Source: Vezdaea acicularis (taxonomy: Eukaryota). From it: a DNA stretch of 64,000 nucleotides. Below the pieces are notes generated by a model. The model saw nothing but the letters and a program-made list of their open reading frames with translations. It had not been told where the DNA came from and made no database searches. The stretch covers positions 1-64,000 of the forward strand of contig JAPEUI010000057.1 in NCBI GenBank assembly GCA_026025075.1, read 5' to 3'. The position numbers and the translations under genes were made by a program. Below are positions 26,128 to 40,233 of the stretch, one piece after another (position 1 is the first letter of the stretch; every line of letters starts with the position of its first letter).

Positions 26128-27133
26128 ATGGCCATACTGGATCCTGCCATAGAAGCGTCCCCAGTTCGAGCGGGCCTTCATTCAGTTCCCAACGAGGTAG
26201 CCCTCCTGTTGAAGCCGATCGTGAAATTGTACACTAAACATAGCACAGTTACTTCTTCATGCTCTCTCCTTTCTCCCGACCAAGTCCCTCCTCCCATTGA
26301 CCCCCACCTGTCACCGCTTCCATGACCTCATCCTTCGCATCTTACAGCACCGCATGCGCCTCGCAGCATCTCTCATAAATCATAAGCTGCAACTAGAATG
26401 CTATCATCCGAGCGACAAGTTCAGCACTCCCTGGTGGTTTTGCGAGTACCTCGGCACCGACGGCTTCAACTATGGAGACGCCAGCGAAGACGATTTGTTC
26501 CGTGATATCGCGAACCATGGGAGGTTGGGGCGTCTTGCGGGTCTCTACTCGCATTTCCGTCCAACGGAGACATTTGACAGGAGGATATTAGGGCCGCATC
26601 CGGCAGGAGATGTGCCCGGGCATCCGGATATGGCCCAGAACCTCTCTCTTCCAATAAGAGGGCCACCAGAGTATGGACTCGTGTCTCAGGTTGTATCATT
26701 AGACGAAGGTGTTCTTTTCACCCAACTCATGACGAACGCCAACCTGGTGCGTGTTGACTCGCCCCTTGGCTGGCTGAGGGGCTCCGTGACGGTTGCTGAA
26801 GGGGTCCTTCGGGTCTGGCGACATTGGCTCGCCAACCAGTTATCTAGGGGTGCGGATGGCGCAGTCAAGCCGGTAGAAAAGGATTCGATATTGTGGATGG
26901 ACCAGGCGAAGAATGTCGGGCTGGACTTCAATGTGAAAGAGACCTCATGGACGAGGAATCAGCCGATCATAATGCGCCAAGATGAGGACGTGGCCGTGAG
27001 CTATGCACTCGAACATGAAGAACTGCTTATTCGCACAACGCACCTGCTATTCATGTTTGAGGAGTCCATGCAGCAGGATAACAATCGTTCTGGCAAGGCA
27101 GTCGTTTTTGGATCATTTCGCTCAACATCATGA
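26128..27133 (+). CDS. F-box domain protein
   Basis: LHSVPNE spliced to LLLHALSFLPTKSLLPLTPTCHRFH gives an F-box pattern; followed by LECYHPS and a long open frame. Confidence 0.75.
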
Positions 27134-27340
27134 TACCTCAACTACTCTTCGGGGACGCCTATCAATGCTGTCAAGTAGACACTCAGCTATTGACAAATAC
27201 AATAAATCCGCCACGTGGCTAAGTCCACAACTCCCAATGCTTCTTCGCCCAACGACACGTCAGATTCATTCCACAAATACGCCATCTTCTGCACTATCAA
27301 TTCCCAAAGTGCTGTATTGAACACTATTATATCTAGATAT

Positions 27341-29703
27341 TTAATCCGGAACTTTGCCATCCGCCCAGCTAGGCAGCACCCCCCTACAAACTCCCTCATA
27401 ATCCAAGAACCGCTGATCCTTCACCTCCAACGCCGGAGTTGTCCAGAACATTGTCCAATTCGTCCCCCGAATGTCCCACGTTCCTCTTGCCCGCTCAAAA
27501 TACCATTTGTTCACCGGATTATCGCGACGGCTCCGCCAGCATACACCATCAGGGAAGCAATCGCGCACCATGGATTTGAAGACGATGTCCGCTACGCCGC
27601 CGGCGCCTTGGCTACGTTTCAGGACGGCGAACTTGTCGAGATAGGGCACCTTGCGATGGCGGCTAGCGGCGCTACCGTTGGAGGGCACCCCGGGGGGGTC
27701 TTCCCACGTTAAGAGGGCGCCGCCTTCGTATTCGCCGGCGATAATCACACCGGCTATCTTGTTGTTCACTCGTGAAAGGTAGTGCTCAACATCGAGCTTG
27801 CGGTTGAAGGAGTCTTCTATCAGGTATATGAGGCGAGGTAGATCTATCCTCGGGTCCTCCAGAGTAAGCTTTCGTCGTGAGGCTTCTGGCGGAGTCCAGC
27901 CATTAGCTCCTGGACTGGGTACAATGGTCAGGGGCATGCCGCGCTTTACGAATGTCGTAGGCGCAGCCTTGTTGGAGTACTGTGTTCCTGAGTTGGCAGA
28001 GCCAAGCCGACCAAGAGGCAAAGATGAGGACAGGGATGGCTTGTTAGTAAGCAGGTTGTAGATTAGTGGGTTCCTCTGTCTCCTCGTCTGAACTCCCGGT
28101 TGATTAGAAGACGGCATGACCGTTCGTTCGGGATAGGCTGCTTCTTCAGGAGTCGTCAACAGTGCCGATGAGCTTGGTGGAAGCATAGCTAGGGCTTCTT
28201 TCACGAGCTTCAGATTTAAAGAATGCTGTTGGTTGGGCAGCGCCACTTTGAGTGGCCCGGGCTGGGCTGAATTACTACCGGAGATTGGCGGTGGCTTATC
28301 GAGAGCTCTTGCAGCCTTGGTGGCTGAAGACACTTTCTGGCTACCGGATAATGTACCAATATAACCAGTAAGAGTCTCCTCGTTACGGGTTGAGACATCT
28401 TCTGGTACACGTAGCAATTCTTTTTGGATGTCCTGGTACTCCTGCTCTAGGTTGATGAAAATGTGGGCTCCATGGATCATGTCCGATGAAGGTATCCCTC
28501 CAAGGGGGTCCAAAATAATGAGCCGATCGAGAGAAACCTCCTTTTGGTGAGAAGAAACCCTCTCTGCGACTCTCGCTGGATCCTCGTCCGGCAGCGAACT
28601 GACCAATAATCCAGCAAAATCTCTGACCAACGCAAGAACGATCTCTTCAGCGCAGACTGGCGATACCTTCTGATCACTGACCGTAAAACCCATGGGTGGA
28701 ATGACCGGGATCACTCCACGCTTCATTGGCGCAAGAAGCAGATTGCGGCAGATGATCTGCGCATGACCTTGCACTCGAATGCTAGCCTCTACCTGATTCT
28801 GTAACGACAAAATTGATACAATGCTGTCGAGTCGTCTTGCACCCGGGCCTTCAGACGCATCAATGGCAGCAACGATACGGTCAGCTTGGCTGGTGGCAAG
28901 CTGTCTCCAGCCTCCTTGAGGAACATCCCCGTATTGAGCACGCTGGTGTTCGGAGCAGTCCACGACCACTACGCTGCGTAGCCCGAGCCGCCTCAATTGC
29001 GATAGGGTTCGGCCAACACCCGAAAGCGCTTCATCAGTCAAGATCTGTGGTGCCCTGATCTTCACCAGCGCAACGCGCAGGGTCTCTACCACTTCCAGGG
29101 GCTGTATTTTCTGAGCTGGATCGCGCGCAAAGACGGGGCACTGTTGTACAGAAGTGATCGGAGGATACAACGCTCCCAAATTAACTCCGCTCTTGTTTTC
29201 CCGAAACACCAAACCGTTCGAGTCACTTACGGCCAACTCTCTGTGTGCAATTGATTTTGGCTTCAGTGGGGAAAAGTCTTGAAGGTAGGCTTTTGCTTCC
29301 CGCTTCGTCGCGGAGGAGCCAAGGACCGAAAGGAAGAATTCCTACACAAATTAGTAATCGCCCGTAATAGACACGTCTTGATACCCTTTAAATATTGCCT
29401 TACCTTATCAAGAGTCTTCTTGCTGTTATGCCCAGCAGTGACCCGCTTTAATACTGGTGTCTCGGCTTTCTCGGAGAACTTTCCAGGTGCCTCTGACTGG
29501 TAGAAGCTTGTAGAGAAGTATTGACCCTTCCATCGAGCATTATAAATGCAATTGGTGCTGTGAATGCATGTAGTCGGCAGCTTCAAGGGTTGTATCAGTC
29601 AAGGCACTCAAGAGCGAGTATTTTTTTCCATGTCCACGCTCTGACTCACTGAGACTTGTGCTTCCCAAGCTCCTCGCTGGGAGGCCACCCTTTTGAGGCT
29701 CAT
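27341..29703 (-). CDS. ARG2: Mitochondrial N-acetylglutamate synthase (amino-acid acetyltransferase)
   Basis: ATG 29703 (MSLKRVASQRGAW, presequence-like); LRVALVKIRAPQ, IILDPLGGIP, C-terminal NAT region LIEDSFNRKL, YLDKFAV, WRSRRDNPVNKWYFERA. Confidence 0.92.
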
Positions 29704-30092
29704 TTTCCATCTTTGGGTCAATTAGAGACGGTGCAGTGACAATAGTAAGGAGTCGATAGTAGATAATGTCGTTTAATCATAGAAGCACGCGACCTGGTGG
29801 CTCGATGGACCGTTTCGTTTACGAACTCGGTTTTAGCAGAGCTCGTGTTACCCGAGAAAATTCACGAGGCTTTCACATACGCGGGGTTAGGCCCGACGTA
29901 CCCCGCTAGCGTCATTATCTGCAGCTGTTTGCAGCCCGTTTGCATCCACATTTTTCTTTCGTTGCCGCAACGTCCCGAGATGTTTCCAACAGATTATGTC
30001 ATAGAGCTGAAGCAACGCATCACAAGTACCCATGGCCCCCACGACTGCAGATTCCTGGTTACGTCCAAAGACATATCAATCTACAATTCACC

Positions 30093-31115
30093 ATGGCGCC
30101 ATCACTGGCATGGATCGGACTCGGGAACATGGGGCGGGTGAGCACGGATCAAATATGCTATGCCTAGGTATATGCTAATTCATAACCAGGGAATGTGCAA
30201 GAACCTTGTGCAAAAGGGCAACCTTGATAGACCATTGATTATCTACAACCGGACAACCAAGCGCGCTTCCGAACTCAGTTCCTCTCTGCCGACGAGCAAA
30301 AGCCTTGTCGCAGAATCCATCAAGGAGGTGGTGGAGAAGTCGGGTATCATATTCACATGCGTGGGAGACGACAAGGCTATCGAGGAGACGATTAATACAG
30401 CTTTGGAATATGAGGTCAGGGGAAAGCTGTTCGTGGACTGCTCCACGGTTCATCCCGACACAACCGCTTTACTCGAGAAGAAAATCCATAGTAAAGGGGC
30501 CGAGTTTGTTGCGTGTCCAGGTAAAATCATGACCTATCTCTACACACTTGTCTGTCTGCTCATACCGTAGTCTTCGGCGCACCTGCCATGGCCGACGCCG
30601 GCCAGCTCATCTGCGTTCTCGCGGGTCCGGAGGCTTCTGTCGCTAAGGTGGAGCCATATACAAAAGGGGTCATCGGTCGGGCCATCATTGACTTCCGTGG
30701 TCAGACTCCAAGCAAGGCAACGTTGATGAAGGTCATCGGCAATACCTTCATCCTGAACATGGTCGAGATGCTGGCGGAAGGTCACGTACTCGCGGAGAAG
30801 TCTGAGCTAGGCGTCGAAAACCTCCAGAAGTTTCTCGAGATCATGTTTCCCGCGCCGTATATGGCATACTCGAAGCGTCTCAGCACGGGTGATTACTACG
30901 GGCGTGAGGAACCTCTGTTTGCCGTTAATCTGGCGAGGAAGGACTCCGGCCATGCGTTGAATATCGCGAAATCATCTGGGGCCCGGATGAGAGCGGTGGA
31001 GCTAGCGGATGAGCATTTGGGGGCCGTCCAGAAGCATGAAGGACCCCGTGGGGATCTTGCAGGTATCTATGGCGTGGTGAGAGAAGAGAGCGGGATGCAT
31101 TTTGGTTCCAAATGA
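30093..31115 (+). CDS. Beta-hydroxyacid dehydrogenase (6PGD/HIBADH NAD-binding family)
   Basis: AWIGLGNMG Rossmann motif, YNRT, VDCSTVHP, VACPVFG, MKVIGN; two introns. Confidence 0.88.
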
Positions 31116-31307
31116 CTTCAGCCAAGTACTCTAAGAGACCCTCAATCCATTTAAATGATGACATTGTCATGCCAGGCATTAGGCCATCAAATCATCGCAC
31201 AACGCCAGTGAGCAGACCGTCATCGCCATCAGACCGACCGAAAGAATTTTTCAGCGGAACACCCTTCGCGCTCCAGAACCATGAGAAACAGACCGTGGCG
31301 CTAAGTT

Positions 31308-33556
31308 TCAAGCAGACCGCACCTCGTGCGTAGCAATCGCTGGTGGGGCATCTTTATTGGGCAGGAAAGGTCGGTGTTCTGGCTTCCCATATCCAGAATG
31401 GTACGATTCCGGCCTGTCGGCAGACTTGAGCGAACCGGGACGCTGGCCAAGAGGCGCAAAAACCTCCTCGTTCTGCGTCACCGGCCATTTGTCGATGTCG
31501 TCTCGCCAGAAATCCATGCCGCTTCCTTGAAAAGCCATCCGCTGCATTTGAAGCTTGTCGTCCCTCGCCCATTGCAACATCCTTGCTTCGCCGTGGTGCG
31601 TTCGTTTCTGGATGAAGCCGACGATGGACTCGAGTGTCCAGCTGAGGACGATCAGGAACGCTCCTATTATCAGGATCAACAACAACCCTAACACGCTAAA
31701 GTTTGCATGGTCCCCATTGTCCTTTGTCTTGACGTTATTACACATGTAATTTCCCCCTACATCAGTCGGCGTGGTGACGGTGGCGTTCTGCGGTAAATCA
31801 AGCGGGCCGGTTGCAAATTCTACGACCTTGGCTTGAATACGAGAAAGCGCGGTTGAAAACCAGCCGTCGACTTCGATCTGCCACTGGTTATTTGGTAGCA
31901 CTCCAGATTGAAGTTCATAGACCATGCTCTGTGCTCGTAACGCCGCATCATTGCGGCCGTTCGTTTGGAAGTAGAGGGTTCCAAATTCGACGCCTGACGC
32001 AAGGAGATCCACCGTAGCTGACTGGAGTACGTTGAGACCAATCTTCCGAGACTCGAGCCTCGCATAAGCATTTGAAGTGATAGGGGTACAAAGAGGCTTT
32101 CCACTGCCATCCAGCTTATTGGGGTTGCAGTATTGATGTTGGTCCGCACATCCCATCACGCGAAGATACGAGTCTGGCGAATAGGTGGTTAGGTTGTTGG
32201 CACCGACGACAACATTAAAGGGTTGATGAGCCGAGAAAAACGGACTAATCAACGTCAGTTCACGGGTGGCCGATTATCAGGCCAGAGAACCTACTCATCG
32301 ACGGGACTCCAATAGACAACATCGTTCGCAGCGAGGATGAAGATTGATACATCCGCGTCGGTCCGGTTCAGCTCCTTGATCGGTTCCCAAGCATTGCTGG
32401 AGCTTCCAGACCATTTAGCGAAAGAACTAGCGAACGGTATGTTAGTCAGGCTTGAAAGTGTGTGCTCCGTCAGGCGGAGGGTTTCGAAGGTCGCAACTGG
32501 AATCAAGTATCCAGTATGCCATGGAGAGACTTTGAGGTAGTTCCACACTCACCGAAGTTGATAGCCAACATTATCAGATGCTGTATGTATATTGTACTGA
32601 TAGGTGAAGTTCGACACATCTATGATGGGTCCAAAGGAGACGCGGATGATGTGCTCAATCTCGTCTCCCTGGGTGATGTTCTCCACCTTTGCGAACCCGG
32701 TACCGTTGAGAACAGCGCAGGTCGATACTTTACGATAAGTCACGCGGTTCGCGGGGGCTGCATTGATGCCAAAGGTGGTATGAGTATCGATTGGACCTGT
32801 GTCCACCGAGTAAGGCGGGACGGTGGCCCTGCACATCTTTGAATCAAACGGACACGAGGCATTGGTATTGGCTGTGAAGGGAATCTCCTGTTGTACGTAT
32901 TTACTGCACTGCAACGGCTTCCGTCCGACCTGATAACAGTTCTGAGCATATGTGGCGGCCTGGATGGTATCATTCAAAACCTTGAGATCGTACTGGGAGC
33001 CCTGAGCCGGATTAAAGTAGTTACCCGCAAGCCAGAAGCCGCATTTCGTCCCCAGGGCGATCGTATCGGTGCCGGCGGCCTTGGTCACCTGCGACGAAAA
33101 GATACCCGCCACGCCGAAGGCCGTCAGAAAGAGCAAGGCAAAGATGGACCAGGTGAAAGAGCGGAGAAGGGCACGTTTGGCGCGTCCCCCCCAATGCGCC
33201 GTGAGCAGGAAGAACTCCCACGCGGCTCCACCCGGGGTGCCTGAGTTTCGAAGGATAGCCTGACGCTGGTGATGCAAGCCATCTGAAGCAGCGCTCCGTG
33301 CAAAGTACTGGTGAGCCAGGAAACTAAAGATGGTCCAGGCTTGGCCGCCGGCTATGGCGACGAAAAGGGCCAAGAAAGCGGTGAGAAAACCGCCATCCCG
33401 TCTACTGGTGGTTATGGTGGCCCCAAGAACCCTCCCGTGGTCCCAGCTATCAAGGAAACACACACGATCAGTGCCCGTTCGAGAGGCTGTAGAGGAGACG
33501 ACTCACTTGATCCAGTAGCCGAGTTTGGTCGACTCAATGGATACGGCGGACGACAT
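31308..33556 (-). CDS. Conserved uncharacterised multi-TM membrane protein with a large Cys-containing loop
   Basis: GYWI..WDHGRVLGATIT, HHQRQAILRNS, two N-terminal TMs, CADQHQYCNP, LPNNQWQIEV, C-terminal TM FSVLGLLLILIIG; at least three introns. Confidence 0.75.
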
Positions 33557-34779
33557 GGTCTCACGCATGCGAACACAGGTGAGGCAGCCAGTCGTGTGAT
33601 CGACAAGAGGTCTGTCGTCGCCGAAGGGAAGGGGAGGAAGACGGAAGGAGCACGGAGATGGGGTGTGGAGGGTATGGGGGGTACTGGAGGGCACATCGGA
33701 CTAGAACTCGTACTTGTACCTGGGGAATTTATCATCCAGCGGCAGCCAAGCGGCTAGCAACGCGGGCAAGAAGGCGGCTCTTCGAAGTTCGAGGCGTGGG
33801 CTGGCGCGGAAGGCTGGCCCAGGCCGGCCTTGGCACTGCTTCGGTCTTTAGCCACATCCAACGCAGCAAACTCATGCAGCCGGGAGGTGCGCGGCGGATT
33901 GGGAAGGGGCAGTTTTGGTGCAGAGAGAGAGAATCGAAGGTGGACGCCTGGAAGGGATGACTCGGGAAAGGGAAGGGATGGCCGGGACTCCTCCTCGACC
34001 GGACATCTGATTGGACACGAGAGAAGCCAAGAGGAGCCAGAAACCGTCGGATGACAGCCGCGTACGCAAATACGCCAGGGCTGGCCTCCTCCCCTGCAAG
34101 TCGATAGCGCCATTTTCCACAACGGGCAAGGTGGGCCACCGCATTCGGCAAGAACGATTCTGCTTGCCAAAGGTCGTGAGCAAATCGCGGGGAGGGCCGA
34201 GAGCGGCACGATTCCTGCTCACTGCTCCACTCCACCCTGCGTAAATAGAACATCCAATATCTAGCGGCGGGTGGCGATGCTCGACCGAAGAAGACGAAGA
34301 AGAAGAAGAGGGGAAGCCAAGCTGACGTCGCAGACGAAGCAAAGGAAGAAGAAGAGGCAGGGGAAAAGGAAGCAGAGAGCCGGTCGTACCTCCCCGCCCT
34401 CGTGAACGCGGCTAGCCCCGGAGCCCGTAATCCCCCGTCGCCGTCCCACTTTTCGTGTCGACGTTCGTGGCAGCTTCGACGTGAAAAAATGTGTCAGGGT
34501 GGGTGTCATAGCTCAAAGGGTCGATCGCGCGACGGCTCCGAGCGCGGGGAGCCTCCTTCCACTTCAGCCTTGTACTCACCCAACCCGTTCCCCCCCCCCT
34601 TCAGGTAGCGGACTAGAACGGGATCTTCTTGCACCTTGCTGGATTTCCCGATCTACATCAGGTCTATAGCCCTTGCTTCCTAGACGAACATGAAGTCACC
34701 TAGACATCTATCTCGACTCCGTAGCCTTTGCAGCCCCCTCTCCCACTCCCGATTCGATGAAATGCCTCCCCCCACACCT

Positions 34780-35363
34780 CTAGTCTGGATAATCTTGCCA
34801 GATGTCTTTCGCATACGCCTCCGTCAGTCTCTCGTCCAATCCATGCTTCGACTGCCACCGGACAAACCCCCCATCCAGCACCAACACCTCCTGTTCCCTC
34901 TCCTGCTCACCATCCGTTTCTCCATCCTTCTCTCCACCCTTCCCCTCCACCCCTGACCCCGTCTTCGCATCCGCCAACTTTTTCCTGGCGGCCATATACT
35001 TCCGCGCCGCCGTGGGCCCGCGCTCCTGGCTCAGCGCGCAGTGGAAGATGACCGTCTTCTTCGGCTTGAGCGCTTCGACGAGCTCGGGCAGTTGGCCGTC
35101 GAATTCGCGCGATGGCACCCACTGGCTGCCTTTGATGTTGCCGCCAACGTGATCTACGTGTGTATGAGTTATCATTCCGTGCATTGAAGATTGCTATGAA
35201 CGAGCGGGAGATGGAGAGGGTTTGGAGTGAGGGGGAACTCACCGTCATCGCGCACATCGATGATGGCGACCGGAGAGACCTTGGCGTCACCCTTCTGCTC
35301 GGCGAGGAGGAGCTCCGAGAGCTGGTCCCCGGAGATACGGACGAGAGGGGTCTTAGTCTCCAT
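34780..35363 (-). CDS. Cdc25-like rhodanese-fold phosphatase / arsenate reductase (Ych1/Ibp1-like)
   Basis: IIDVRDD spliced to DHVGGNIKGS, active-site VIFHCALSQERGP (HCX5R), VLDGGFVRW. Confidence 0.9.
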
Positions 35364-35877
35364 TCTGCTGGGGGGTGGTGGGACACGCTGTCAAACTGGA
35401 GAGGAATGGATGGACGAAAGTTTGCGTGGTGGGGTGATGCGGGGGAGCAGCGGGGTTGAGAAAAGGCAGTGGAACGTGCGCATATTCGTGTTTGTGAGGA
35501 AAGCATTGACCCAAGATATCAACTTTGATCTGGCGAGTTGAGTCAACGGACTTTTTTTTCAAAATCGCATTCAAGCTTTATTCAAATCCCCCTCATCTCC
35601 TATTCAGGAAGAGCTTCTATCGTCAAATCACGAGAAGGGTTTCGCAGCTTCCACTCTCAACTTCCTCCAAATCAAGTGTTACGGCACCAACCAAAAAGTT
35701 GCTCTTGCAATGAATGAACGCTGTCTAAAGTGGCGAGAGTATCATGTGCTTATAGGATGGCCTTCTGGCCTGAAATCTATACTACGACGTGTTCTTGAGA
35801 AATCTCCACCTTCTGTCTTCAATCAGAGAGAGAAAGTTGTCCCCCTTTTTACGATTCTGAACCTAATATCACCAACT

Positions 35878-37047
35878 TCACTTCGAGCTCTGGACCTTTT
35901 CGACGATAGCTACAACTTTAGGGAACAGCGGATGGCTAGGCTCGAGGCCTGTGATCTTGGCGGTCGCATCCTTAGCGCTATGCTCTTTTAGAATCTTTGC
36001 CAGTTCCACACTCTCTTCATCACCCTCGACGTTCTGGAAACGGAAAGCCATCTCCGCGGCCGCAAGGAGGGCAGTGGCCGATTCGCCCTTCTCGACCAGT
36101 TCGGACGCGGGCCCGATAAAGCGCTCACGACGACTGAGCTTTCGCAACGGAGCTCGACCGACGCGCTCGACAACGTCCTCGAGATGGGGGTTCGAGATGC
36201 GCGTGATGATCTTCTTAACATAAGCTGCTTGCTCATCCTTGCTGATGCTGTGCTTGGACACAATCAGGTTGCTAGTCTCCTGAAGGGCCTTTTGCACTTC
36301 TTCATGGATTAACTTGTCGTTCAGTGCCTCGTATACGGTCTTCTTGCCCTTAGCATGGCCCCAGTATGCTGCCGCCGCGTGACCGGTGTTGACCGTGAAT
36401 AACTTGCGCTCGATATAGGGGGTCAAGTCATCGACCCACTTTACGCCATGGAGATTCGGGTGGGCATGGTCTTTGAACGGGGTCTTGTCAACAATCCATT
36501 CGAAGAACGACTCCAACTTAACGTCTAATCCAGCATTGGGGTCCTGCCCGGGGACGATACGGTCGATTGCCGAGTTGGCAAACCGGGCGCGGGTGAGTAT
36601 ATCGCCTACTCTGTCCGGCGAGGTGTTCTTTGCTTCCTTGATGTGAGTAGCCAGGGTATCTGTAGCCCCAATGGCATTTTCACAGGCAATCACCGCGAGA
36701 GGGTGGGGGGCCTTCCTCTTGTCAATGCCCTTTGCAATGACGGGAGCGATGAACTTCAAGATGTTAGGGCCGACTGCACATGTGACAATTTCCGCCGTTG
36801 TGATCTCTTCGATGACATCTGCTTCGTGGGTCTTGGAGTTGATTGCACGATAATGTGTGATAGTACTGGTGTGCTCGCCTTCTGCGCCAACCTCAATGAC
36901 CTTGTAGGAAGGCTGTTTCTGCAGAGCGGTGATGACAGAGTCCATCACATCTGCAAAGACGACTTCATAGCCGGACTTGTGGAGGAATTCGGCCACAAAG
37001 CCACGGCCAATGTTGCCAGCTCCGAAATGGACTGCCTTCTTAACCAT
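35878..37047 (-). CDS. mpdA: Mannitol-1-phosphate 5-dehydrogenase
   Basis: Intronless; [51 protein letters not shown]. Confidence 0.96.
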   Translation of the reverse strand: MVKKAVHFGAGNIGRGFVAEFLHKSGYEVVFADVMDSVITALQKQPSYKVIEVGAEGEHTSTITHYRAINSKTHEADVIEEITTAEIVTCAVGPNILKFIAPVIAKGIDKRKAPHPLAVIACENAIGATDTLATHIKEAKNTSPDRVGDILTRARFANSAIDRIVPGQDPNAGLDVKLESFFEWIVDKTPFKDHAHPNLHGVKWVDDLTPYIERKLFTVNTGHAAAAYWGHAKGKKTVYEALNDKLIHEEVQKALQETSNLIVSKHSISKDEQAAYVKKIITRISNPHLEDVVERVGRAPLRKLSRRERFIGPASELVEKGESATALLAAAEMAFRFQNVEGDEESVELAKILKEHSAKDATAKITGLEPSHPLFPKVVAIVEKVQSSK

Positions 37048-38098
37048 GATGCTGATGACGTGGGAGGCGGTGAGGGGTTCCTGAAGAAGCTACTTGAGAA
37101 GATAAGATGAGTACGCTTTCAGCTATCCAATATCAACAGCGAGCTCTCAATGCGCAGTCGAAATATGGAAGGCCTTGAGAGAGCAAATTTCAGAGACCAA
37201 TGTGCAGAGTGAAAAATATTGCGAGTGCGGGTTCGATGATGGCCGAGTACGGACGCAATGGCAGTAGCGGGGTCGTCTTCGCGGTTTATAGGCCCCACCT
37301 GTCAACGAACATTTTCTCCGCGCGCTGGTCACAAGCGCGCCACAGCTTGCGGTTAGCACTAGCTGCGGGAAGGCCTGAGCACGGACCAACGGCGGATCAG
37401 GGTTTGGCACGCCGAAGAGGGAGCTACCTCAGCGATCGCAGTCGGCGCAAAGACGGCGAAAGAAGGGCCGCTTCTTCACACGAAAGCGTCTTCGCAGTGC
37501 TCATGCATCTCTTCTACGGAGAACAACATCTGGCGCATTCGCAAATAGGGCCGATTATTCGGGTGCCCAAATATTGAAGCAAAAGGGTTGAGCCACGATG
37601 CAGAGATGCCCCAAGTGAGGGGTAACACCTGGTTGGGCCGCTAAAAAATGATGGAAGATCCTCGGGACACAGAACTCTCTTTCATCTTTCATGGTCGGCG
37701 AAAGTCGCCATCGTAGACGAAGCTTTGATATGACCTAACCTGTCCAGCTTTTAGGTAGCCTGGGCAAAGGAAGGTCTCGACTTGGTACGACACATCGGTC
37801 TGTGGGTACTCCAAATGAAATGATGGCACGTGATACGGCATCTCGGAACTCCAGGTGACGAGTGAATACTTTATGTTGCGCGACATTGTTACCATCGTAC
37901 AGTCCGACCTATTGCGCCGACTGCGGCAATCTTCCCCTTGTCGCGGTATCATGTCCGCCTCATACTCAGTACACGGTGCATCATTCGTGAGATCTATACT
38001 AAGCTCCCGGACAAAACGCAATGCCCAGAAACAAATCTTCAAGCCCGTTGTGCCAACACCGGTCCCGCCCCTGAAAGCCAGAATATTGCAGTATGATG

Positions 38099-40233
38099 TT
38101 AACGCCGCTGAGTCTTGCCCATGCCTCGTTTTCCCGTAAACTATCGAACACGTTAGCAGGATTATCGAGGCCCAGAAAGGGCTCCTCTTACCAGATGCTT
38201 TGGCAATGCAGAAGTAGTATGTCTGTCCGCTTCCCCCTGCCTTGCCATCCGGTTCATTTTCTTTTGCCCTAATTTTGCCAGCTTTTCGGCCTTTGAACGA
38301 GTTCCCGGAGCCGTAACGCCATCTTCGCGCCGGTTGCTCTGGCTTCTGACTCTGCTCTTTGCCCTAAAGGTAGACTTGAGATCAGAGGAAGCATCAATAT
38401 CCATTGCGTCTTCTGTTCCAATACGGCTTCTTGTTGTACTTCTCCCTCTCGACTGAGACCGTACCCTTGCACCTGCTGCAGAAGAATCAAGGCCTAATGA
38501 ATCAAGATGGGCTTCCATCTCGGAGACGTTCTTTCTAACCGCAGGTCTGGGAATCACAGCCCTGTTCTTCAGGGACTTCCTCATCTTAGCCGCATTACGA
38601 ATCAACTGCCTCTTTTCCCGAATCAACTCTGCTTTAAACCTCGTATTTGCCTCCTCTTCATCTTCCTCGTCCTCTTCGGACTCGTAGAACCCTTCTCCCT
38701 CAAGCTTCTCCTCTTCCTCCTCAAGTGCTGCAAGTTTCTCCTCGATGTCTGGATCAATGAAGTCGTATACATTCTTACCGTTAACAATCTCAGGGATTTT
38801 ATCGTATTTCCAATCATCGTCCTCAAGCAAATAATGTTTCCTCAAATCGACATTGTAAACTCCGGCGCCGCCCTCTTCTTCCTCAATGTCCCTCTCTAGC
38901 CTCCTGCGTTCCGGATCAGCTTTGTCGTATCTTTTTCTCTCCTTCACAGCGTCTGGTATATACACTTCGCGCTTTAGCCCATCCAGTGGTTGCGCCACGT
39001 GGATTCTACTTAAGACGTCTCCGAGCCTGCTTCCTACCGTGCCCGAGCTATTTGTGCCTGCCTTAAGTTTCTGGGCGACGCGATCTGCAATCAGGCGTTC
39101 GCAAGCAGCATTTCTAACATCCATGACTCCTTCAGAAGTTGTACAAGATAGTTGTAGAAGTTCTACATTGCCAGACTTGAGAATTCCTTGCAACTTCTCT
39201 TGTGTTTCAGCGTCGAGATCTTCCGGTCGCATGATGTCTATCTTGTTGATCACGATGAAAACCAGTTTGTTTGAAAAAAGAGGCTTGATGCTTTGGAAGA
39301 GCTGAATCTGAGCGGTTACAGAATATCCGCACTGCTCAGATAGGTCCATGAAGTAAAGAATTGCAGACCGTAGATGGGCAATTGCTGTTATTGACTGCAT
39401 TTCGATTGTGTTCATCTCCTCTAGAGGATGGTCAAGAATTCCGGGGGTATCAATGGCTTGGAATCGAAGGTACTTGTAATCAAAATGGCCTACGAATAGA
39501 CTCTTCGTTGTGAATGCGTATGGTTGGACGTCGACATCCGCTCTGGTGACACTTTTCAGAAAGCTTGACTTTCCAACATTTGGGTAGCCGCATATGAGTA
39601 ACGTTCGAGTATTGGGATCGATCGATGGCAGTCGGCCAAGATGTTGTCGTACCTGCTCCAGGTATAGCAATGGATTTTTCAGCCTCCTTGTGATGGTAGC
39701 CATGCGGCCTAGCGCCGCACGCTTTAGCTGTTTACTTTGATAAAGTGATTGGGCATATTTGAGAAGTCGCACATAATCTCGAGATACTGTTTCGATGAGA
39801 TGCTTCGCAGTTGAAAGCTGTCCAAGAGCGATTCGAAAATGATCTGCATCATATAAAGTATTGAGAAGGTCCTTATCTATTGATAGCATACAGGTCAGTG
39901 GGTGGATCGCACATGGCCAGAACCAGGCGTGTCTCTTACGGAATGGATGAATGTCTTGCAGCTTCGGAAAGCCGTCGAGGATAGCAGACAACTTCTCACA
40001 AAATGTCTCCTGCGTGTACTTGACCTTACGAGTATAGAAGCCTGTGGAGACAACGTCAGATTCACACGTCTATACATTTCGAGACACAGGGTATCGGACG
40101 TACTCCGTATCCGACTAATCTTGAAACCAGCTCGAATTTGGGTAGGTAGCCGCCGTTGTGTCCGGCTGAGAACGATGTCGAGAAACTCAGCGCTCGTTGG
40201 GACGGGCTGTATATCCTTCCAGGTGGTCTTCAT
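38099..40233 (-). CDS. NOG1: Nucleolar GTP-binding protein 1
   Basis: [33 protein letters not shown]; last exon [13 protein letters not shown] with TAA at 38099-38101. Confidence 0.97.

Noticed and set aside
34501..34590. tRNA-like start GGTGTCATAGCTCAAAGGG
   Set aside because: No proper D-stem closure, no T-loop (GTTCRA) and no acceptor-stem complement.
35878..37047. Intronless mtlD-like gene as a recent bacterial transfer
   Set aside because: Mannitol-1-phosphate dehydrogenase is a standard gene of filamentous ascomycetes, and nothing here indicates recent transfer.
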